Of a DNA stretch of 64,000 bases, positions 51,882 to 64,000 are shown one piece after another. The notes under the pieces were generated by a model, which searched no databases, had not been told where the DNA came from, and saw only the letters and a list, made by a program, of their open reading frames with translations. The stretch's first letter is position 1, and each line of letters opens with the position of its first letter. Source of the DNA: Kondoa subrosea (lineage: Eukaryota); contig BCIN01000001.1 of assembly GCA_039545335.1 (NCBI GenBank), positions 310,001-374,000 on the forward strand. Direction: 5' to 3'. A program made the position numbers and the translations under genes.

Positions 51882-54800
51882 TCAAAGCTCAAAGAGATCC
51901 GCGTAATCCTGAGCCGATCCACCTTCAGGTTTGATCCCGTTTGCAGCATTGATCATTGCAGTCTTGCGTTGTTGGATCTGCTGAACTCTGTCTTCGATGC
52001 TGTCTTTCTACAAACAGGTGCAGTCTCAGACAGAATCTACGCGTTGGAGCCTATACTCACGAGCAGAAACCGAGTAATGATGACTTCGCGCTCTTGACCA
52101 TAGCGGTGCACTCTGATCAACACGTGAGCAATTAGTCTACTGCATAAGAGACTTGATTACCGGTCAATAGCTTGACTTTCAATAGCCTCATTCCACCTAT
52201 AAAATTCAAAGCATTAGCTTCCGCGTGAACCAGTCAGCAGTCCAGACGCACCAGCAATCCATCATGAACAATCGATTGGCAATAGTCAGGTTCAAGCCTA
52301 AAGAAGGCATTTAGCAGGAGTGAGCTACGAGACGACATTGTACTGACCAGTCCCTCCGGCTTTGAGCGAAATGAGAAGAACGCATGCATTTTTTGGGTCA
52401 TTAAAGTCTGCTAAGACTTGGGTACGTCTCTTTTGCGTCAGCGAGCCGTCGAGTCGAACGTATCGAATGCGTTCGCGATTGAGAACATGTTCAATCCTTG
52501 ACAATAATCCCATTAGACATCGCTACTGAGGTACAAGCAACTCACAATGTGATGAAAGTGGTAAATTGGGAGAAGACGATAGCATGACTGATGAAAGTCA
52601 GCAAGTTCTGGACAGGCTGAACAATTACCTACTACTTGGACTCTTCGGATTTCAGTTGCTTTAGGTGACGGACCAAGGCGCGCAATTTAGTGCTGCTTGA
52701 GCTCGTCATGACTTGTCGCATCTATGATAGAATAGTGCGTACGAAGAGCGGAAGTCAATCTCATCATCTTCCTCTGCAGCATCAGCCTCTACAGCAGGAG
52801 AATCAGAGGCCTCGCGAAAGAGGGGAGCGGCATCTTCATCGCTATCAGAATCACCGAGCTCGATGATCTCGTTGACGACCTTCTTTCCATTTTTGCTGCT
52901 GTTTTTGTTCCCGTCCACAGCGACTTCGATCAGACTGTCTTCCTCGGTCGGAGCATTGCAGATCGGGCAGCTGCTGGGTTGACCTTTCTGCTGCTGCGCA
53001 CTGAAGTTCTCAAGCACACATTCTTTGCAAGCAGTGTGATGACAAGGAAGTAACACAGGCGATGTTAAGGGCTGTTAGACTCTGTTAGTGTGTGCTAAGG
53101 CACAGCCAGGGCATCGACTGACTTCCGTGCAGAAGAGACAATCAGCCGCTTCAGATTTGCTGGTGTCAAGAATAGGCATGGTCCCTGCTTGATAGCTAGT
53201 GATCAGCTTGATGATGGCTGCTTCTTCCTTTGCTTCTTCAGGCTTCACGCGATCTTCAGCTTTCTTCTTCTTTAAGCTATCAAGAACGAGTCCCGGGTGC
53301 AAGACTGCTTGTCTTAGTCTTGTTAGGATGGCGAAGCTGCAGGGCGGATTCAGCTCAGACACTACTTCTGAAGAATTTGCGCTCACATAGCAGTATAGTT
53401 CTTGGTCATTGTGCCAGCTTTCTGGAACCCAAGTAAGGTGGAACGAGCATTTTGATACAGGCAAGTGTAGATTTCGCGTTCTTGAGGCGTGAACTCCAAA
53501 GTCTCGTTGTTGACGGTCTTCTTTGGTAGAGGAACAATAGAATTACCATCCTTGTCCTTCATTCGCTTTTCTCGGCGCAGTACTGACACACACATTAGCT
53601 CCTCGTGACTATGCAAGGTAAATCACACTTACAAATCTGCTCAAGAATGACTTGCACAATTTCGATGGCTTTGGGATCCTTCGCCTCGAATGGTACAGTC
53701 ACAAAGCTCCTGAAGAAGGAAAAATTGCCCCAAGGTTCTAAGCGAATAAAGTGAAGTAAGCTGTAAAGATCTCTGCATCCAGAGTCAGCTAGAGCCCAGG
53801 TCAGAGAGACAGTACTTGCTCGAGACCTGTTGCCAGAGTTTGTATCAGTTGCTGACCTGTTATGTTTGTATGCATGGCACTCACGATTGACGATTGGCGT
53901 CCCACTAACACACCAACGACGCTTGCCAGACAGAGAATAGGCAGCTTTGGCGCTCTTGGTCGATCGACTCTTAATGTTGTGCGCTTCATCCAGGATAATA
54001 CGGTACCAAGCAATGGCGTAAACCCCTGAACGATCTTCCTTGGGCAAATTCTCATTCTTCTGATATTCGCTTGCCAAAGTTCCGTAACTATTGCCCGCTA
54101 CGTCAATATTTATGGTATATCAAACATTGAGCTTACCTGATCAAGACTACATCGACACCATCTTCTAGCTCTTCTTCTAGATCCGCTCTACCAGCTCCGT
54201 GATACAGATGAACGCGCATATTCTTCCCGCTGCATCGCTCGATTTCATCACGCCATTGAGAAAGCAGACTCATAGGCGCTACAACGAGAGTCGCGTTAGA
54301 TTTCCCACCACCGCTTGGAGCTGTAGTAGATAGGCCAAAAGCTGTACTTGATAGTCGGGCCTGCTTTCGAGCGCCTATTTTCACAGGTGAAGGTACATAA
54401 TCGGCTTCATCATCATCTTCCGAAGTACTGGGATGCAGCCCAACATCTTCGCTGCTCGAAGGTGCTCGCTGTACTCTAGCTCCTTCTCGATTGGTATGGA
54501 TCAGAGCAGTCAGCACTGTTCACCGTATAAGCGATGTCTTGAAGTGAAAAGCCTAAGCTTACTGATCGTTTTGCCCAAACCCATTTCGCTGTAAACGGCG
54601 CAGTCATATTAGTACGAGACAGTACGCAATGCGACTATCGCTTACTCAGCTAAGATACCACCTCGACATTTCTTGGAAGCAGCAGGGAATTGCAGACTCA
54701 GTTCACCCGAATATGGAGAATAGTAGAAATGCTCGTCTGGCTCATCAAGATCCATAGCAGTCGGTTCTTTCGGAAAACGATACTCTTGCCAGAGTGGATG

Positions 54801-56304
54801 AATGGAAAGACCTTCACGAGCTTCATCGCCCTTCTCCATCTTCACCATCCAATTCAGGGCCTGTTTCTGATAAGGACGAAGGTTGAGCTTGAAGGTACTG
54901 GCTGGATCCATCTCACTGTATTCTAGTCGATTATTATCTAGTCAACGCTCATGAACAATCTCTTACGGCATGCTGGCATCATGCTTGACCGCTTTAGCGA
55001 AAACAGCATTGACCTGTTTCTCATCCATATCGCCTTCTTCGTCATCTGAACCTTTGATCACTTCAACCTCTTCTTTGCCTTTTCCTTTCTTATCCTTCTT
55101 CTTTTTCTTCTTGCCAACCATCCCATCTTCCAAACCAGTAGTTTTGTTCAAAGCAGAATTCGATTGAACAGGTTTTAAATTCATCGCATCAAACAACTTG
55201 ATCAGAGCGGATTTCCTTTCCCTTAACTTTCGTTCTTGATCTGTTTCTTTCAAATCATCGTAGAATCCACCTTTCTTCTTCTTGCCATCTTCTTTCTTAT
55301 CGCTTTCTTTCGATTTGGTAGAAGATCTCTTTTTCGCAGGAGGAGGAGAGGATTGTTTAGCTTGAGAAGATATAGGCATGTCATCGTCAATAGATCGCGG
55401 TTGAATGGATTCAAAAGCAGAAGCATGAATGTAGACTTTTAATGAAAGAATCGCTTCGGCTCCTGTGTTGTAATACTGTACATCAGTTTTGATTGAGATG
55501 ATCAGATCTGAAAATGTACCACTTGAGAAGGAAGAAGGCACATCAGTAACAGTCCCGGAAAGTTTGACAACTTCTAATTCCAACAGCCTAGATACCCAAG
55601 TTGCAGATTCCTCAACTAATCGACCAGCTTCGAAGCCCTTCTTGTTGCGGAATCGGACAAGAATATTCTCCTTCTTTTGTGAAAGGCTCTTTCAATTATA
55701 CGTCAACGAGAAGTTGTTGAATTGGGCTCACCTTAGTTGTAGTTTTCTTCCCTTTTGTAGGAGGTAATTCCTTCATCTTTGATAATTCGATAGTAACGGT
55801 TTCTTTCTTGGCCAATTTGACCAGTTTCGAAGAACAGGTCAACCAACCAGTAGCTAAGAAATCGCCAATATACTTCCAAGACCAATCAGGACCATCATCT
55901 GAGATTTCAATGGCTTTGCCTTTGCCTTTTGACGCTGCTGCGGTAGTTGAAGAAGCTTTAGTTTCTTGCTCAGAATCGGAAGGTTGAAAGAGTTTTTGCT
56001 TCTTCTTTGCAGGAGCACTCTTCATAGTAGAAGAAGAAGTAGTAGCGACTTTCTTGCCTTTGTGTTTCGTAGCAGCAGCAGCACTGGGTTCAGCTTTGCT
56101 CTCGCCGACGAAGACCAGTTCTTCGTCACTCGAATCATCTCGCACAGGCGAAGCAGCACGCTTCTTGGATTTCGATGCAGACTTGGATTTCGTCACAGAC
56201 TTCGCAGCAGGAGCGACAGTGTCAGAATCGGAAGCTTGCTCATCATCGGTAAAGAAAGGTTTCTTGCCAGGTTTACGCGCAACTGGCGGTTCGCTGTCGC
56301 TCAT
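51882..56304 (-). CDS. RAD5: Rad5 DNA repair translocase / ubiquitin ligase (HIRAN, SNF2, RING)
   Basis: [14 protein letters not shown](D/E)[70 protein letters not shown]-like [14 protein letters not shown]. Confidence 0.93.
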
Positions 56305-56483
56305 GATGAGACGAGAGCTACAGAGCGAAGCAGGAGATACGCGAATAGAGCCAGAAATCACGGTTCTGGAACAAACTTATTATCTTTTCGAAATCCGACA
56401 AGCTTGCACCCAGACCATCATCTCCGATACCCTTAGGATTGCACTAGATACCTCATATATAATCTTCTATTTGTATTCCTCAC

Positions 56484-57172
56484 ATGTCTAAAGCTCTGAA
56501 GATCGATACTTCCCTAAGTCAAAGTGCTCCTGCCAGTTCGGCGACTACAAATGTGAAGCCTGCTGTTACCTCTTCTTCTCCTACTTCCTCTTCCTTGCTA
56601 GATGAAATTCGTACTCTATCGAATGAAATATCTAAAGAGCATGCCAGAATCGAGAAGATAGGCGAGGCCAAATCATCTGCTTCAGCACCTGGCAACACTA
56701 CTTCTCCTAATCCAAATCATATAAGACCTTCTCATACTCGAAAGAATACTGCTACGAATAAAGAATCAGCAACAGGTGAAAGCAGTAGTGGGAAACATGG
56801 AGCTTCTGCGGAGAAAGACAAGAATCCGAAATCGTATGAGAGTTTGGAGAACGAATTCAAGGATCGTAGAACCAGCGCAGACGAGATATTCAAAAAGGTT
56901 AGGACACAAGTTGTTCGCGATGATGTCGAATGCATGCTCATATATGACATGTATTACAGCTAGATAAACTTGCCAATGTAGTCAAAGCTTTCCATGATCT
57001 CCCTTCTGAAAAACTCGCTCCTTCACCAAGGGAACCTCAAAATCGCCAGCGATCTACTTCCAACCCAGATGGTTGGTTACCGGCGGATTTGAGTGAACTT
57101 CGATCCCCTACTTCAGTTGGTGCAACTCAGCAAGCCAATCGTTTCACTCCTCGACCTCGTTTTCCTCTTTAA
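56484..57172 (+). CDS. Hypothetical Ser-rich protein, 2 exons
   Basis: ORF 56484 to FKK|GTTAGG donor, acceptor TACAG at ~56959, second exon LDKLANVVKAFH..PRPRFPL*. Confidence 0.6.
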
Positions 57173-58408
57173 TCTCTTGCTTTTCTACTACTGCCGGCGG
57201 ATCCTTCATTTTCGCCTTTAACCATTGTGAAACATTAATGCTCGTCATTCCTTCTTCTTCCATTTCAGTCAACCTCTCACCATTCTTGAATCGATCCGAT
57301 AATTCTTTCACTTGTCGAAACAAAGCAATAGCCGGATCACCTTGATAAGACACTTCTAAGCCAGAAGGTGAAGGTAAAGCGAAGATGATCGTTTGCATTC
57401 CGTCTTCATCATAGACAAATTGAATCTTTTGGAATCCCATGACGACTTTGTTGGGAGGAATAGGTTTCGGAGGTGCAGGGAAATAGACGGAAGTGCTGGA
57501 TGGATGTCTGCGTGCAATGGGAGAAAGGAGATTGGATTGTAAAGTGGTGAAGACTCGTTTACCGAGACAAGCAATAATCCTATATCAGGAATGAGCAAGT
57601 GCGAGCCAAAGAAAGAGGCAAAGGTGTACCTCGGTCTGTACTTGTCCATCTTTGCTAGGAAAGCTGGAATAGCTTCTAGCCATTCTTCTTTACTCAATTC
57701 AGCTTCCTATAGTATATATTTTAGAATCAGAACTTTGTAATATGCGGTGCGCCATACAGCTGAAGTTGGTCGGGCAATGAAATTCGTTATAGACATATTG
57801 TGCGTTTCGACCAACGTTAGATCAGCTTCCGGCTTAAGCTGCTCTTCTGTGCACCCTGATCTGTGCAGATACTTCCAGAAGCGATTCGTTGGGTTGGCGA
57901 ACTAATGTAACATGAGTTGCATGACCGGAAGGACTGTAAGGGCTTACGCTATGCCCTCTCTGAGCAGAGCATTTGCCTGGACTGAAAGAGACTCAGCACC
58001 ACTCGACATAAGGACATAAGCACAGAGGCAAGCCTACTTGATACCTATCCAAAGTATATCCAGACCTTAATCTCAAGTCAGCGCACAGATACCTGAGGAA
58101 TATGCTCACTAACCCGTTGCTAACTTCTCTGGCAGTGGCTTGAGCTCAGGATAGAGCTTATAAGTCTTCTTTGGTGCTCCCTTCTTGAACCTCCCTTGCC
58201 CGCCTTTCATTTCCTTCTTTCCTCGCGGATGAGGTGAACTATCAGTAGGATAAGATGAATAAGAAGGAGAGGGAGAAGCCACTTTGAGCCGTTTAGTAGG
58301 AAGAGGAGAACACGTCGAGGATCGTTTAGCAGGACTAGCGGAAAAGGTAGACAAACGCGATAGAAAAGCTGGCGATGCAGCGACTGGCTCATTGTCTGTA
58401 TCAGACAT
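57144..58408 (-). CDS. G/T(U) mismatch DNA glycosylase (TDG/MUG family, Thp1-like)
   Basis: LKPLPEKLATG-LDILWIG-INPG, ANPTNRFWKYLHRSG, ELSKEEW, IIFALPSPSG. Confidence 0.88.
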
Positions 58409-59016
58409 TGCCTTTGATATACTTATAAGGGAATATAGGAGCAGGATTATCGATAGTCAAGGAAGAGAAGCAAAGTCAAAAATCAGGAGTGCTAAGTGAG
58501 GCGTGAGTATCAGATGAGGTTGTATTACGCGATTATAGACAAGAAGAAAACCCAGCATCAAGCCTACATTGTTACCCAGATGCTACCAAAACACCGCAAA
58601 AGACGCGACTTTTCTTTTTCTCGAACGCGTTTGCCTACTTATCGCTGACTATCAACGTGCAGTAAGAAGAGACAGGAGGGTCAGTTGAGCTGTGCATCGA
58701 ACAGTAGTAAAGTATGGACAATTCCAGCGAATGCTCACCAGAAACAACCAAATGACTTTCCAAGTAACATGAAAATGAGACAGAAGATAAGTAAATGCAG
58801 CACATATGGGACCACCAATGCAGGAGATGACTATGAATATTCATGTCTAGACCTTTGCTACTTCAACTGCGCTGCGCTCCTTGTCCTTCTTCCGTGCCCA
58901 TGGCTCATTCTCCGCTACCTCGACTATCGAGGCTGTCCTGCTCGAATCAATCCACGGCACTTGAATCAGTCCACGGCATCCTCCTTTGTTCTCTTCTTCA
59001 TTTCCCAAAATAGCAA

Positions 59017-59579
59017 TGCATCTCATCTCCCGTGTCACGTTACGCTTTGTTTCTGTAAATCTATTGATGTCCAGCCTCAAGCTTTCTGGTCAGATTCATG
59101 GCTGGCCCATTTCGCTTGATCTGACGACAAACGATCCTTCACTTATCCTCAAAAGAGAACGCTCTTACAGTTCAAGCAATACAGTCTGCTGCGCTCCAGC
59201 AATCAGGAACGTTCGAGCTATCTTACTTCCAACCAGCCAGAACGACGGCCAAAGTTTATTGTTGAATGATCAGAAGCAGTTGGCTATTTCTGTTAGAGCT
59301 CCATTATATCTGTTACGATCTATAGAAGTCCGATTGCAAGTCAGGGTGAACGAAGTGATCTGTATGACTTTGAGCGGGGAAGATGAATGTCATGATTATA
59401 TCGATGAATCTTCTTGGTGCGTTTTTGAAAGCAGGTTGGAAGATGCTTTGAGCTGTAAGCCAGACTTTTCCGACTTGGAGACTGATCTGATGAGAACAGA
59501 ACACAGTGTTCAGACTTCAACAAAGTACAGATTTACTCATTTCGATTCGAGTGAAGAAAGGGAGAAGAATCGATTCTGA
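59017..59579 (+). CDS. Possible hypothetical protein
   Basis: ~190-codon ORF with protein-like composition; no motif recognised; start uncertain. Confidence 0.35.
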
Positions 59580-59755
59580 ACCCAATGCCATCAATGATTC
59601 GGCACATAATAATTCAATAGAACGGCAGGTCCGACTAGTAATACCGCAAGAAGAAGAAACGAAGAAGGAACCGAAAGTAAAGAAATTGTTAAGAAAGTTG
59701 AAGTGTAGAATGAATTGTTACGATCTGTGATTTGTCTTGCATATCATTGTACTCC

Positions 59756-60224
59756 TTATACTGATGGGGTAAACTCTTCGTGCCTTCGAAGATCCATCTA
59801 AGAGCATCTAAGCGATACTTCAAGCGAATGACACGCGAAGAACAAACATCTTCAGATAATAATGGGATACAACGGGGATCAAATGTTTTCCAGTATGGAT
59901 TTTCGAGATGAATCTTCTGCGATCTAAGAGGTCGAGAAGTATAAGAGATAGAAATCTAGCTGAGAAGCAAGACAAAGGCAATGCACTCTTCTTTCGTGAA
60001 TCTCTCGACGATAGTAAACTTCCTAGGATCATGAACGTCTTGCATGACCTAATAAGGGGTATATAAGAACAGGCGCTGACGGTATCGAGCCAAGGACGGC
60101 ATACAAACCAAGACTCGGTTTCTGGGTCTTTCTGATAAACGCCGCTAGCCTCGTGAAGCAGGTCTTTCAGAGCTTGAATGCATTCTGGTTTAGCGACCAT
60201 ATGAACCACGATGGTGTAGACCAT
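59756..60224 (-). CDS. ABM-family dimeric alpha/beta barrel protein
   Basis: MVYTIVVHMVAKPECIQALKDLLHEASGVYQKDPETESWFV-MQDVHDPRKFTIVERF..HLENPYWKTFDP..MDLRRHEEF. Confidence 0.85.
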
Positions 60225-60570
60225 CAGCGCGTTGCAAGTTATGGATGGTTTGGGTCAAGAGCAGCGAAATGAATTTTACTGATGTGACGAAGGCAGCCGG
60301 CTCGCTGAACCACCTGCAAGGTACTTGGGTACTCATGGTTTCAAATCATAGTTTGATCATAGGCTGATCAAACGTATTCAATATTCGCGTGAAAGTCTCT
60401 TCCGTAACTTGCTTCGTTTGGTCTACTTCATTTCTCGCTTTCGCAAATATCTGAGTTGAGCCTTCTGGAACAGCGAAAGCGAAGAAGAGTTCCATTGCAA
60501 GAACTTCGCGTAAAGGAAAAATGCCGCTTTTGCCCTGCCGCTTTTGCCTTCTCCTCTTCTCTCCTCCTCT

Positions 60571-61655
60571 TCATCTGTTGGACTTCGCCACACGTTCAAG
60601 CTCTGTTGTTTGGCCGGCGAACAGTAAGCTAGATTCTCAGCACAAAAGCGCTTCACTCACCATCCTTTTTCTTGATAGCATAAGAGTTGGAAGATCCCTT
60701 GGCGGCGTTGATGAGTTCATCAGCAAGGCATTCGCTGTGAGAAAGCGCTGGTTTGAGCAAATATTGCATAATTCCAGTAACCCCGCTCACCTGATCGACT
60801 TGACGTTCCTGAAAGCAGATTCACGAACACCAATGGTGATGAGAGTGACGGCTTGGTTGACTCTTCGAAGTGGTGAAACATCGACTGCTTGTCTTCGGAC
60901 TGTACCTTGAGAACCGATACGAGTAGAATCTTCACGAGGACCAGATTGAATGATAGCATCGACTATCCTTCATAATGAGACCAGAATCACTCGTGATCAG
61001 TCTCAATAGACGAACCTAAAACTTGAATTGGGTTCTGGTCGGTGAGAAGGTGAACGATTTCGAAAGCGTGAGCGACGATTCGGACGGCCATTTGCTTTTT
61101 ACCTGGATTACAAAGAATCGACAGGGATAACATCAGAGGCATATCTGATTTGCTTCTAACGGAGCAAAGTACCGTTGTTGCGTCCGTTCATCATCAAACT
61201 AGAAAATTATGGTGAGGATCTCTTGAAGACCTGGGTAAGACAGTCCGCACCTGTCTACTAGACGTTCAACGATGGGCATTTGTGCCTTTCTGAACTGCTT
61301 GGTAGCATATCGGCCAGCAGTGTGAGGGAGCCAGACTGCGTTTCTGATCTGAATGTCTGTTGAAATGAAATGCCCTGTATCAGCCCAGATCCCTTCTCTC
61401 TCATGTATACGAGCACTTGCAATCAGTCAAAGAGATATCCTTCGCTTGATGCATCAGCCAAAGCCCATTGTCTATCTTTTCACTTAAAGCTAACCTTGAC
61501 TTCTACATCAGATCTGTGACGCAAAGAAGGCGACATCAGTACTTTAAGCTGATACAACCTGCTTCTCAGCCTCACGAGTCCCATTTTCCGAAAAGCTTGA
61601 CTGATTCCTGCGCAGCGAGATTCAACTCTTGCGGAATAACTGGTTTGGAAGCCAT
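60571..61655 (-). CDS. RPS5: 40S ribosomal protein S5 (uS7)
   Basis: [94 protein letters not shown]. Confidence 0.96.
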
Positions 61656-62073
61656 GATGTGCTACTGTATCACTCGTCTCAGGGGTATGCTACGCTACTC
61701 TAGCGAGGATATGGGCTCACAGCTCTTGAACAAGCTCTTCCTTTGAAATTTCAAGTTGACTTCTTCGTCTGGACTTAACTCGACCTTAACATAAATTGAG
61801 GGATGGGAAGAGAGAAGGCTCAAGGTCTTTCCCTCTCTGCTTCATACTCTTACACCGTCTCTCTCCTAACAACCTGAGATGCTTTCGTTGGATCTCGTGG
61901 ACCTTGCTGGCGACTTTTCGTTTCAAAGCTATACTGCTGAGTCAGCTCCAATCGGAATACGCAAACAACTCTTGAACTCCACCATACAAGCACTCAGGAC
62001 CTCATCTACACCTTGATCGATGTCTCGTTGCATCATAATGGCTATCTAAATCTTACCTATTCTTCAAACCTGC

Positions 62074-62930
62074 ATGGCCTTCCCTAATCAACATCAGGCA
62101 GATCTCGCTTCAGCGCAGCTCGTAGAGTCTGGCATAGCTGATATCTACATTTCTTGGCCATCGTCTTCCGTAGCGCCTGCAGTCTCTTTCGAGCCTCACG
62201 CAAAAAGCACTGCTTTCAGTTATAAGCTGGATAACATTCCTCACCTCAAATACGTCAGTCTCTGTGCGATATCTCTTCCTCTGAATGTACTGATACCGTA
62301 ATCATCAGCTCTCGATAAGTCGTCCAGCCGAGGAAATTAGTCTGCAGGATCTCAAGCAAATGGAAGATAATATGAAACGTCTGCTCAGTCAGCTTGCCGA
62401 TCAATTGGGACGTCTGCTCATATCTCTTGGCGGACGCTATGTCTTTCACTTTGTGGATTTGGAGTTATGGCTTGTAAACCGCTTAGCTTTAGATAGGTTC
62501 GCATCTCGCTATCCAAGTCACAAAGTAAAAAGTTGATCGTTATTCGTACGTAGGCAATTTGCCAAAGCTGAGTGGCAGATCGCTGGTCAAATCATGCTAT
62601 TACACAAACTGGTAGCGATTTTGGAGTCTCTGTTTGGTGAGATTCACTTTTCTACTGCCACAGGCTTGGCTGATGCATTGTATAGTGCAACTGGCTTCAA
62701 AAATTGCTCTACGGATAGAAACAGAACAATCTCTGACCTCTTACAAATACAAGCTACTATCCTGGTTTCGTGACAATAGCAATGCAGGAGGTCACGTTGG
62801 GGAAAGTCCAGCCAATTTTATCCTCTGGAATGCTTCCAATCAAGCCCTAGAATCGTCACCTCCAATCTCGCCAGAACCCTCATCACACCTTCCACACAAA
62901 GAATTTTTCGAGAGCCGAAAAGATCAATAG
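62074..62930 (+). CDS. Hypothetical multi-exon protein
   Basis: ORF fragments 62074-62301 and 62634-62930 with intervening GT-AG intron-like segments; the model is not resolved. Confidence 0.4.
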
Positions 62931-63219
62931 GACTGCTGGACCTTCATTGACATGAAGCTTACAGGACTTCTAATCGGTGGTGGTGAAACACAGTTATTGT
63001 ATTACAATGATTTTGTATGCAATGGAATTCTTGTTATCATTACAAGTCGTTGGATCTCTTGTTCCACCAACCCAGCTTCTTCATCAGCTTTGGCAGTCTG
63101 AACACTCCAGCTCCAGGTACTCGTAATCTCGGACCGTAACATAAGTGCTTGAGATGGCAATGCAGGGGGACGGATAAAAAATGCAGGAATACGCTATGCT
63201 ATATCTTCTACTATGTACA

Positions 63220-64000
63220 TCACTGCCCCGACTCAGCTTTCCCAAAATGGAAACTCTTCTGCCATTTATTCGTATTCACCCTCGCATTCGCTTTCGCAGG
63301 TAAAGCAGAAGGTTTAACAAAACAAACCAGAGAACGAGCATCGAAAATAGATTGCGCTTTCGTTGCAAAAGTATCCACTTGTTTTGGCGATTTATCGTGT
63401 AAAAAGGCAGTGGAGTGAAAGAGTTCTGACCAAGGCATACAGGATGGACCAGGTAGACCGCCTAGCAGTGCTCTAATTCCCATCAATTAGACTTGATACT
63501 AATGAAAAGAAGGCATGACACTCACGTTACTTTGTTCGCTTCTGCTTTGAGTTCCGGTGCATTGGAAACAGCAATACCGAAAGCGAAAGAAGACTGAGCA
63601 GTAGAAGAGCTGATTGTATTGCGTGCCAGATAAGTATTCCTCGCTATCGGTTTAGCACCACTGCCGATGAGAATACCGGCGCTGAAGTATCCTCGCCAAA
63701 CGTGAATCGTATTGTCGCTGTCTTAAGACTCAGCAGGTATCAGGTGTGAAGTGAGACGGGATCTCACCTGATGTACAATCCTTCTTCCGTTGCAGAAGTC
63801 GAGCTATCTGATCCAGCTTCAATCAACATGCCTGCTACGCCAGTGCGGTCTGAAGATATCGAGACAGTATTGTCCAAGACATTGGTACGAGCTGAACCGA
63901 TGACATGAATACCGGAACCAGCGAAGTTCTGTTGGTAACATTTCAGTGCGCGATATCAGAGCGAGAACAAAGCGACTGACTGTAATCATGCTATTGCGTA
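63220..64000 (-). CDS. 3' part of a right-handed beta-helix (pectin-lyase-like fold) protein; gene starts beyond the window
   Basis: Repeating NFAGSGIHVIG..TNVLDNTVSI..GMLIE..LYISDNTIHV..GILIG..YLARNTIS..FGIAVS pattern typical of PbH1 repeats. Stop at 63220, or an alternative last exon to ~63040. Confidence 0.6.

Noticed and set aside
58635..58844. Pheromone precursor (ORF ending ..PPVSSYCTLIVSDK)
   Set aside because: The Cys is not fourth from the C-terminus, so it is not a CAAX box, and there are no repeated peptide units.

Overview
This is gene-dense, intron-rich fungal DNA (short GT-AG introns with CTRAY branch points). The gene content (ARL8, EGT1, PET127, RAV1, U1-C) and intron style suggest a basidiomycete; that assignment is inference. 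About 33 protein-coding genes can be assembled by eye from exon fragments. Most are housekeeping: BCAT, YSC84-like, UBA4, PPN2-like, POF1-like, LSM3, YHC1, ATG15, NADP-ADH, SFP1, DPH3/KTI11, PET127, ARL8, EGT1, a bHLH factor, RAV1, RAD5, TDG and RPS5. There is also one intron-containing tRNA-Thr(TGT). The stand-out structure is a 4.36-kb segment (17645-22000) bounded by ~420-bp, ~99% identical inverted repeats. Their outer ends are the 5' half of the tRNA-Thr gene, ending 3 nt into its intron, and they enclose an intact multi-exon orphan gene with no recognisable transposase or recombinase. This is a candidate tRNA-anchored invertible cassette or fold-back duplication. The second notable feature is an in-frame fusion of a SET methyltransferase to the tRNA deaminase subunit TAD3, with a stop-free 93-nt GC-AG intron just before the SET catalytic motif. 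All exon boundaries and family assignments come from manual reading and motif recognition, not from database searches.
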